DNA of 64,000 nt from Owenia fusiformis (taxonomy: Eukaryota). Made by a program: the position numbers and the translations under genes. The notes under the pieces are model-generated. The model saw nothing but the letters and a program-made list of their open reading frames with translations. It made no database searches and was not told the DNA's origin. Where the stretch lies: contig CAIIXF020000001.1 of NCBI GenBank assembly GCA_903813345.2, forward strand, positions 48,918,001 to 48,982,000. Reading direction: 5' to 3'. Positions 53,333 through 64,000 of this stretch are shown here, in pieces. How positions within the stretch are numbered: position 1 is the stretch's first letter; every line of letters starts with the position of its first letter.

Positions 53333-56129
53333 GATATCAGTTCTATTAAATCGCCTCTTGTAGCTTCAGGTCATCTGAAATCACATTTTAGACATTATGA
53401 CTTAATGAGCTACCCTTTAACTTGTTCAATAATAAACTTGAATAACAATTTAACATTTTCTATTCCAAGATGGGGTTTGTAACTAATTTGAAAATAATGC
53501 AGACCATCTGCAAATAAAGAAGGATTTGGAGGTTCTCTTCCAAAATATTAGTAAATAACTTCTAATTGATGATTTTCAGTAATAATTGAAGAAAGAAAAA
53601 ATGATCGATCCAATTTACAATAATTTAATTAATGAATACAGTAATTACAACAGCTGGCAATATCCTTTAAAATAAATAGACAATGCAAAATTGCAAATTA
53701 GAACAATAAGATTGATACCAATGTCCTTTATCTGACCTGGAAATTATTGTTGTGGACAATACAGTTGACAGAATGCAAGTTTCAAAACAGCAAGATATAT
53801 ATAAGATAGAATACATCGGGGTTTGAATTTGTTTTATTTTCAAATGTTATTCTTTGTGGCAATTAGTTATATATGTTATATATGTTAGAAATGTCAAGTC
53901 AATCTGAACAATATTCCTGAAGGTTGAGACCAGTCAGACACCACATGCTCAAAGCTGGTCACAAAAAAGTTGGAGACTATAACAATATGACATCTTTGTG
54001 CCATTCCCCCTTCCTTTGTCTATCTCAGTTTGAGATAGCAGGAAGTGTGTACAGGCTCCTTATCCAAAACTACATACATGTACATACCTTATTGATAAAT
54101 ATGTTAATCCAGAGCTAAGATATTTAGTAATCAAAAAATATTAATAAATATAATCAAATATAATATAACGCTGTCCATACAAATCAGCTGCCACACTATT
54201 AATGACATTAACTGCATGAGAATATTTCCTGCTTCCTACACATTTAATTACCTATCACTATCTTCTACTTCTATTTCTATCATGTATCATTATCATCTTC
54301 CCACATTACTTGCTCAGAGTTTTTGGGAGACCATATGCATTGCAAATCTGACCACAAGTGTAAAATAAACTTGCATTTTTTACAAAATCATACTTGATAT
54401 TTAATTTATTACATAACACAATGTTTTTCTACTTGCATGTACTTTAATAGGATGTTGATCATCTGTACAGTATAATCCAAGTGACAGGGCTATAAGATAC
54501 CAAAATGAAAAGTGGGCCTTGATGGGAGATAAGGGAGATCTATACTACATGTACATGACAATACAGAAATAATGAGACTGAGAAATTCTGTATTGCTTGG
54601 GGTGATCCCCTGGTATTTTCGAACAAAGAATGAATAAATAACAAAACTTAGGTTATTTTTGTAACAATTGTAATATTAACATGAATTAATAACTGATAAA
54701 AGTATAAATCATTGGCCCCCAGGCTAGACCTGGAATTTGACTTCCATGAAACATTCAGGATTTCCCAACAATCTCACATTATATAAGTATCTGTTAATGA
54801 AAGTAGTAAATATAGAAAGGCAATGTCTGAACTTCCTGTAACCCTTTAACAGTTCAAAAGACTTTGATTCAGTTGCTATTTTTTCAATTCTAATAGGGAC
54901 TTTCAATTTTTGAGATTTGACTTTTAAATTCAAAAAGTGTTGGATAGTGCCATTCAAACATGATAATGGAATAATAACTTTTTATTCTTTCATCAATAAA
55001 TGCACTAATTAAATTTATCAAGACATTTAACTCTCTAATTTAAGCCCATTCCACTTTTTCTCTGTGTCAACTAAATTTAAAAAATAAAATTTTGACAATT
55101 AATTTGACTGTCACTTATCTAACAGTATTTAGGATATGCTCATACATTTACTTAAACCTGCACCTGTTGAAAAACAGCAATTGTGGGTTGTTCCAATGTC
55201 ATTGGTGATATTTTGGGAATATACCTTTATCCTTTACCTTTATGTTGAGGGGTAGAGGTTCATGTAAACAAATCCCAACATAAATGACTTGTCTGCAGTA
55301 TAAGTCTATTCATACAGTAAGACATGTAAAATAATGATGAACCACTAAACTATGATATAGATTAAATAGACGAACCAAGAATCAATTTCTCATCTATTCG
55401 GTGATATGTGTACTAATGAACCTACCGGAACTTATCAGGAAATATTTACTTTTGACATTGAATTTATTTTCTCTTAGATAATGTGATTATGATTCATGGT
55501 CAAAAAACAAACCTAACACAGTTAAATATATGACTGTATACTAAATACTAGCATGGGCTTTCAACTAATTGAAAGCCCATGATACTATAGTAGGTTAGTG
55601 CTAGTCACATTTGTTGTCAGAATGTCATTTTTAGATCTTAACTGTAAAGGAAGAGGCTCGATAGAGAGAGCTTTTTAGATGGGTATAAGTTTTTTATTAT
55701 TTCGATGATCAATATAAAATTGTAACACAATTTAGGAGATGAGGTGAATTTTCATATTCTAAAATATTATTTCTGAATCATCAAAATGGATTTTTCTACA
55801 ACCTTTTTGGCGAATCGATGAACTCGTTTTTCAGGTTTAACCCTTTCTTTGTGGTTAAATATAATGCCTTTTATATAATTATAGAAACAAAATATTTTGT
55901 TTCTAGGTCCTTAATTATCTAAAGTCTTAAATAATGTGAACACATATTTGTTTAACTGATCAGAAATATTTTTTTTCTCCATTCATCCATTTGTCCATGT
56001 TAAAGTATAGGGGGACTGAGATCCCCGGGAATTCCTGAGGTTTGACTCCTTATGTTATAGTTTTGAACCGATGATAAGTTTATAGAGGGAAATGCTGTTC
56101 CATCGAATTATTTGATTTTGACTGAAATT

Positions 56130-56830
56130 AACGCATTACGTTATTCACACTGGGAGCTACAAAATATTGGGTTACGGATTTATTAAAACGTACCTTTATC
56201 TCGCATTCTCGGTTTACCTGCGTATCATGATTTATGATCATAATTTATCGTTTATGCTTTGCTCACATAAGTTCAGATTCACCTTATGGGTGCCTACCGA
56301 TTACGGTATTTTTCAACTGCCAACCGATCACCGGCAGTCGTTGCGCCGGGAGAATTTTCACAATCAAAATGTAAATTACATTATAAAATATGTATCAAAT
56401 GAAGAAAAGGATGTCCAGATGGGTGCTGTTCGGCAATTGTAAGATTATAGTGATGCTTGTAATATCATAAGTTGAAGAAAATTGGGTTCTTGGAATACAT
56501 GTTCGTTAACGTTTTGATTTTGATTGTATATATTTACAATTCATATGTAATATACGATTGACTGTACTTTGAAGAGAAAACAAGTATTTTACCAATTAAT
56601 AGAAGAATTCAAAAGCTCTAGCGAAGTAACCTCTTTAGTTTATACTCGCCAAAACGTAAAACGATAGAAAATCATATGTTTTTGAAACATCGCTTATTGG
56701 AACCATTTCACTTGTCGACTAACTTACGGTAAGTTAGTTGTACATGAACTGGGCAGGTCGTAATATCCCTATTTACCAGTTAAAGACATTCGACGTGTTA
56801 TGACCGAAATAATCAGTTACGATCCGAAGT
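56130..56830. promoter_or_regulatory. Candidate distal promoter / non-coding first exon region
   Basis: Locally CpG-richer than flanks; minus-strand donors such as CAG|gtaaac at 56218/56217 lie upstream of the acceptor at 53374. Confidence 0.3.
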
Positions 56831-57824
56831 GAAAGTGGTGATAAGCCATTCAGGACTACTTAGATTATTCATTTTTTATTCATTTTATTTTTCTAGTTTA
56901 TTGACGGTGATTTATGCTTGTTAAACATTTTCATCATATAAATATGTATCAAAATGTTTTGGTCTGCAATATTTCTTATTTAATAAATCTTTTTCAAGCA
57001 AATGGAAATTGTTATCATAATTCCATCTGAAACAATGAAACAATCATATAAATATGAAATACAGGCATTTTACAGATAAAGTATAGTTCTAAGCGTTGCT
57101 GCAGAAATAGGATTAAAATTCCAAGCGGGACTATTATAGTACATATTATTGAAAAGGGAACTCTTAGACTGGCTGAAACTTATGTCCAAAAGATATATGA
57201 AGAATTGCCCCTAATTAAAATTGCAGCATTTTACGAACTTACCAGGGTTTATCTATTCAAAACTAGCTACAGTTCATAAGATGCGAGGCATTTATAAAAT
57301 AGTGAATCAATATTAACAACGAAGGCATATCTATACAAGGATGGATATAAACATTAATGCCTGGTGTAAACGGGTAGGAGGTCCTATCAATTATGGTACT
57401 ACTCTCCATTGATTTATATTGTGACCTAAACTCTTTCCCTCATTATCTTATACGCAATCTGGGCCAATAAGGGCCGTTAAGAAAGGGACCATAATCCCTG
57501 GGGGACCATCATTTCTTTCACACCGGCGTCCGGCCGATTGAGTATCCTGTTGACAATTGCATTCAGTTTTGACCAGAATATTTAATCTGTCGGCCGCCGG
57601 GCAATGAATCGGAGCAAATGTGGGATAACCAATTAACGAATATCTACAGACTGCTCATCTCTTGTATAATGGTACTGTATATGTCTATGAATTCCGTCTA
57701 AAAGAAGACGTTCTCTAAAACTTTCTAATGGAATACATGTATAGGACTAGAAACACAATGCAAATTCACGTTTATGCAATATAATTTATTTTTTATTGAA
57801 TTCAATCTTACAACACTTTATGGA

Positions 57825-57980
57825 GCTGTTACGTTAGACCACGTGGGCTCACCGTTCGCTACAGTATGGATACGTTTTGCAGATGGCAGGGCTAGACATG
57901 GACATACGGTTGGCTAATCAAATAGTTTTAAAGCAGGATATTCCGAATGGTGAGCCCACACGGCCTAGTGCAATAGCCAC
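57825..57980. repeat. Short imperfect inverted-repeat element (MITE-like)
   Basis: gtgggctcaccgttcg versus cgaatggtgagcccac, with further outward complementarity. Confidence 0.45.
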
Positions 57981-58122
57981 TCATTACATTTCGATACTCA
58001 TAACATCCTTCTGTTTCAACCGAAACTTGCTTTGATTTTATTAGGCATATTCTGTGATCTGAACACATCAGATGAGATGTGTTATAACTGTCAATAAGTG
58101 TGATAGTTATCATTTACCTTAA

Positions 58123-58523
58123 AGCAGATATGAAATGGTATTTTTAACCTAAAGGAATCAATATAATTTTTTGATAGATGTATTTGGACATGTTTTCTCA
58201 TCAGTAGTGTGAAAACTATTTCACTCTAACGATCTTTATAGCTGCTTAATAAGCAATATTCGAATTGGTTGTGACGTTATTGGCCCCCACGTGATCTCTC
58301 ACTGGTCCCCACGTGGACCGTTTTGGTCCATTAGGTCATGACGTCATAATGCCAAAATGTTTTGTTATTTGTTTACACAACAATCCTATGGTTGCCGTGA
58401 CGTTGTGTCAGTTATCTAACATTTATTTTATAATGACTATCGCAAGAACTCTACGGTGGGCTTACAATGGAGAAAACCGCATTTTTGTAGCTGAAAGTTG
58501 AGAAAAGCTATTTCAGTTGTCCT
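58123..58523 (-). mobile_element. Kolobok-like element, copy 2 (inverted, internally shorter)
   Basis: Reverse complement of 50528-51016, TTAA on both sides. Confidence 0.72.
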
Positions 58524-58736
58524 TTAATGTCAATCCATTACATAATAGGCATTGTATTCAACCACATATAAATTAGCAAAGGCACAGATACAAAGTTTTA
58601 GGACTGGAGAAGAAATAAGATGTCATGATTTATCAGGACTCATTAGCTATTTAACATACTCTATATGTTAACATTTATTATTGTATTTTGTTACAATTGA
58701 AAAATTGAATTCAATTAATTTTAGTTGTACAATGAT

Positions 58737-59122
58737 CACTGGTGATCCGCTCGATTACGCTGGTTACCGAAACGGTTCGTTTTGGTAACAATATGTCGGA
58801 CATCGAAGGTACGATTTTTCTTTTTCCTTATTTCACGCGTTGTAGGCAGAATCCCAACGACGTTTTTTGTCACAAACGTGTATCAGCATCACATGTTTTA
58901 GAAAATGTACATGTTTGCGAAAAAATAGCTCAGAAGACAACAGAATCGTCGATTTAATTCCTCACTTAAGTGCAGATCTGAACTGTTTTTCGAAAAACCG
59001 TTTATGTAACTTAAGTGAGAAATTAAATCGACGATTCTGTTGTCTTCTGAACTATTTGTTCGCAAATATGTACATTTTCTTAAACATATGATACTGATAC
59101 ACGTTTGTGTTAAAAATGTCGT
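58737..59122. mobile_element. Second, right-truncated copy of the CAC-ended MITE
   Basis: cactggtgatccgctcgattacgctggttaccgaaacgg start; internal palindrome about 58860-59120. Confidence 0.72.
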
Positions 59123-60294
59123 CAACCTGTGAAATAATTTCGATTTTGACCAATCAGAAACATATGTCATCTCAATAGGGGTTTACATGTTCATGTTCTC
59201 TACCTGGGAATGAGAGCCCATAATTCAATTTTTGAACTAGTCTGAAGAGACCTACATGCAAAGTTCATAGAAAAAAGAAAAATCACAAATATGAATACAG
59301 TTTGATTATAAGTCTATTGGAATTTTCAAGGTGTTGATTTTAAAGTCTATTACAGAAGTTACTGTTATGTTTACCACACTGGTACCAGTTAGTGGTATGT
59401 TGAATGGTATGAGTTGTTGAGTTTCACCTTCACCCAGATCATGCAGAATATCAACACGGCGTTCCTTGTAGAAAGTAGTTCTTGGTTTGTCTTACATATG
59501 ATAGATAGTAAGATATGATAGGCAATATTTCCCTTTGACAAGATGTGACTGACACAGTTTTGTGTTGGAGTGTAGCAATATGCGGTGCAATCATACCATA
59601 TCTAACATCACATAACATGCTCATCCCCGTGCTCATCACAGAAAGATCAACACGTATGCCTCTCCATTAAATAATTCTTTTTTATATGCAGTATCTCGAC
59701 CCGATCCTATCTGAAATATAAGAAATATATATAATCAAGTTACTTGTTGTATTTCCCATAACTTATATAAACATCCATGACCAATATTCCCATTCTATTG
59801 ATATTGTTATCGTCTCGGGGTACCATAAATCGAAACAAGTAAATCCAAAATCGCAAGAAAAGATAAAGCTTGAAACAGGAACTACATGTTTCAAGACAGC
59901 TTGCAAATCCTATGGTTTTTCACATGATGAAATGGAAGAGCTAAAACTTATTCAAACATACTAGTTAATTAGTTCTAGTAATTCATCTAGTTTGTCATTA
60001 TTTATTACATTAAATATGTCTAAAGCATCGAAAAGTAATGTTTTCACCGCATGAAAGTAAAGTTGATCGATTTGTCGTACATGTAGATCGAGAGAATTGT
60101 GTGAATTCAACCGGGCTTTCTTGTGTCATCTGGACTTTGTTCAGAATTAGTGAAACTTGAAACATAGAAGCAAGAAAAGAAATGTACGGTTTCTGTTATT
60201 TTGCTAAAATATAGGTTTCATCGCTCTTATTTGAGGCAATGCCATGCCACATGGCAGTTGTTAATCTTATTCTTTCTTTCTTTCAATAACAAGC

Positions 60295-62120
60295 CACTTA
60301 AATGTCATGTCAAACTCTGTTTATTTCGTATTATCTTCAGTAATTGTTTAACCACTCTTCATGTTTCATAAGCTAATTCCACTCATATTGTCATGCCAAA
60401 CACTGTTTATTTCATTTATCTACAAGTTGTCTATCGCATTGTTTCAAAAGCTAATCAAACAATTGTCATACCAAACTCTGTTTATTTCGTATTATATACA
60501 TGTTTTCAATCGCTTCTTTATGTTTTACAAGCTAGCTCCACTCAATTGTCATGCCCAACTCGGTTTACTTCATTTTAAGATACAGTTGGCAACCGCCCCT
60601 CGGGTTTCATAAGCGACAATCAATTGTCATGCCGAACTCAGTTTATTTCGTAATTTTCATATGCTAATTCCACTCAATTGTCATGCCAAACTCTGTTTAT
60701 TTCATTTATCTACAAGTTGACTATCGCCTCTTCGTGTTTCACAAGCTAATTCCTGCCAATTGTCATGTCAAACTCTGTTCATTTCGTATTATTTACATAT
60801 TTTCAATCTCTTCTTTATCTTTTACAAGCTAGCTCCACTCAATTGTCATGCCAAACTCAAAATCTGTTTATTTCGTATTATCTACATTTTTTCAATCGCT
60901 TCTTTATTTTTTACAAGCTAGCTCCACTCAATTGTCATGCCGAACTCAGTTTATTTCGTAATTTTCATATGCTAATTCCACTCAGTTGTCATGCCAAACT
61001 CTGTTTATTTCATTTATCTACAAGTTGACAATCGCCTCTTCGTGTTTCGCAAGCTAATTCCTGCCAATTGTCATGTCAAACTCTGTTCATTTCGTATTAT
61101 TTACATATTTTCAATCTCTTCTTTATCTTTTACAAGCTAGCTCCACTCAATTGTCATGCCAAACTCGGTTTATTTCGTTTTAAGATACAGTTGTCAACCG
61201 CCCCTCAAGTTTCATAAGCGAATTCCACTCAATTGTCATGCCAAACTCTGTTTATTTCATTTATCTACAAGTTGACAATCGCCTCTTCGTGTTTCGCAAG
61301 CTAATTCCTGCCAATTGTCATGTCAAACTCTGTTCATTTCGTATTATTTACATATTTTCAATCTCTTCTTTATCTTTTACAAGCTAGCTCCACTCAATTG
61401 TCATGCCAAACTCGGTTTATTTCGTTTTAAGATACAGTTGTCAACCGCCCCTCAAGTTTCATAAGCGAATTCCACTCAATTGTCATGCGAAACGTTTTAT
61501 ATTTCATTTATCTACAAGTTGTCAATCGCCTCTCCATGTTTCACAAGCTAATTCCACTCAATTGTCAAACATAATTTATCTACAAGTTGTTAATCGCCTC
61601 TTCATGTTTCAAAAGCTAATTCCACTCAATTGTCAAGCATCATTTATCTACAAGTTGTCAATCGCCTCTTCATGTTTCACAAGCTAATTCCACCCAACAG
61701 TAATGTCAAACTCTGTTTATTTCGTATTCTCTTCATGTTTTCAATCTCTTCTTTCTTTTTACAAGCAAGCTTCACTCAATTGCCATGCCAAACTCGGTTT
61801 ATTTCGTATTAAGATACAGTTGTCAACCGCCCTTAAGGTTTCAAAAGCGAATTCCACTCAACTGTCATGCCAAATTCTGTTTATTTTTTTCTCTACATGT
61901 TGTCAATCGCCTCTTCATGTTTCAAAAGCTAATTCCACACGATTGTCATGCCAAACCCTGTTTATTTCCTATTATCTACATGTTTTCAACCTAACCTTCA
62001 TTTTTTACAAGTCAGCTCCGTTCAATTGTCATGCAAAACTCAGTTTATTATTTATTATCTACAGTTGTTAGCTGCTCTTCATGTTTCATTAGTTAATTCC
62101 ACTCAATTGTCGTGCCAAAC
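60295..62120. repeat. Complex tandem array of about 82-bp subunits with a 247-bp higher-order unit
   Basis: Core ccactcaattgtcatgccaaactc repeated; ctaattcctgcc at 61054 and 61301. Confidence 0.92.
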
Positions 62121-62813
62121 ATGTTCCAGTGCTTTATAAGCTATAATTATCTACATGATATAAAAGCATCTTTTCAAGACTAATTATTACTACGAACAAA
62201 TGACATTCAATACCTCTTCCCAAATAATATCTTCTCATCATAAACACTATCAACATCGTTGTCGCCATTGTTACACTCGTTATATTGAACCTGAACCTGA
62301 TACGACTTTGATACATTTACCGAAGAGTACATAGAAAAAGACAAATATTTTTATAAACCCTAGAGATACATATATCGAAAGATATACAGGACTCTCTAGG
62401 ATGTAACCAATGTGAACGTTCAAGATAAGTTTCACTTTCATAAATATATTGAAATACATACAAGAGCAATGAATCCGAGTTAGCCTGAGTCAATTGTCAG
62501 AGATAAAAGATTGCTTCAAGGACAACGTATTTCCAAAAATTAGTTTCTGAGTTCACACTCCGTATTATAATCCTAATATCATTAGATCGTTTTGAGTATA
62601 GACATCACTTCAAGACAAACAATCACAATATTTAGATATACCTCAAGCAACAAATCGTATTAACGTCGTCATCATCATGAGCACCATCAGTCATCGTTGT
62701 TGCCAGAGTTATCGTCGTCATCTTGCACCTGAAAGTACAGTAATACATGTATGTAGGGATAAAGGAATTTTTCAGATAAGCCTTAATTAAGCTGTTTCCT
62801 CCTGTTCATCCTG

Positions 62814-63669
62814 CAATTGTTTTGATGAGTTCAAATGATGAAACATATATTTCTGCATACGTTTTCACTTGTTGAGCACTTGTCAACATTACCATTTACT
62901 TATTATTGAGGGGTTTAACAGGGGTCCACAAAAATTTTAAAATATTAGATTTTGATATTCTTGAAGTTTACAACGGATTATATACTTATGAATCGGATTT
63001 TGGGAAGATTATTAGCATGACATATTGATTTTATCTGTTTAATTGAAAATAAGATCGTCTGTCTGATTATATTTTGCATTCAAAATGATTAAAAATAATT
63101 GTTCCATTAAGTTCACTTTCTTTTAACATCATCTTGTTTTTTGTTGATCCGTCAATTGTTTTGATATATCTAAATGATAAAACATATATTCCTACATACG
63201 TTTTCACATGTTGAGCACTTGTCAACATTACCATTTACTTATTATTGAGGGGTTTGACAGGGGTCCACAAAAATAAAAAATATTAGATTTTGATATTCTT
63301 GAAGTTTACAACGGATGAATCTGTTTTTGGGAAACTTATCAGGATGACCTATTGATTTTATCTGTTTAATTGAAAATAGGATTGTTTGTCTGATTATATT
63401 TTACATTCAAAATGATTAAAAATAATGGTTCCATTTAGTTCACTTTCTTTTAACATCATCTTGTTTTTTGTTGATCCGCCAATTGTTTTGATATGTTTAA
63501 ATGATAAAACATATATTACTACATACATTTTCACCTGTTGAGGACCTGTCAACATTACCGTTTACTTATTATTGAGGGGTTTAACAGGGGTCAACAAAAA
63601 TATTAGATTTTGATATTTTTGAAGTTTACAACAGATTATCTACTCATTAATCGGCTTTTAGAAAGTTTA
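62814..63669. repeat. Tandem repeat, about 2.5 copies of a 330-340 bp unit
   Basis: caattgtttttgat...tgtcaacattacc...attgaggggttt units start at about 62814, 63153 and 63480. Confidence 0.9.
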
Positions 63670-64000
63670 TTATCCCATCGAACGAAGTTCAGTAGGGATA
63701 GAGTGAAGCCCTCCGTCCGTCAGTCAGTCAGACAGTCAGTCCATCCGTCCGTCTGTCCGGAAGATAACTTGAATACTAGTACACAGATTTTCTTCATATT
63801 TGGTGGAAAGATGTATATTGGTGAATAGTTATACGCAAAAAAAATTTCAAGATGGCCGCCAGTTTAAAAATGGCGGGAATTTTTCGAAAAAATCTTATGT
63901 TTTTCATTTTAAACCAAAATAAGAAACATTATTATTTAAAATATTGGTAGTATATCAACGGTATCTATCTATTTCACATATATCCTGGATTTTTCACCCT
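63670..64000 (+). mobile_element. HINE-like element, same subfamily as 22810-23572, opposite orientation, cut by window end
   Basis: ttatcccatcgaacgaagttcagtagggat, (GTCC/GTCA)n, then reverse complement of about 23250-23500. Confidence 0.78.

Noticed and set aside
56405..56445. Plus-strand ATG...gtaaga as first exon of a divergent gene
   Set aside because: No downstream plus-strand exons could be identified
60295..62120. CRISPR-like appearance of conserved core plus variable tails (also 33471-34160)
   Set aside because: The tails are repeated and mutually related, there are no cas genes, and the context is a eukaryotic spliced gene

Overview
AT-rich, intron-rich animal (probably invertebrate) genomic DNA; no prokaryotic genes or CRISPR array. 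The window is dominated by one minus-strand gene encoding an SLC4A11-like (BTR1/NaBC1 clade) SLC4 transporter. I reconstructed 17 phase-compatible GT-AG core coding exons by hand (14131 down to the stop at 1351). Upstream lie several candidate N-terminal exons that all end in a phase compatible with the core: a distal chain (53131-53332, 47803-47854, 33049-33137; about 873 aa isoform) and a tandem-duplicated pair (26842-27094, 23675-23990). There is also a candidate 18-nt in-frame microexon (11269-11286). The large introns hold many non-autonomous DNA elements: a 4.6-kb foldback element with mirror 172-bp arrays, Helentron/HINE-like elements, Tc1/mariner-, PIF/Harbinger- and Kolobok-like MITEs, a CAC-ended MITE with a 5-bp TSD (possibly Transib-like), and several tandem arrays with higher-order structure. 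All calls come from manual reading; no alignments, database searches or expression data were used.
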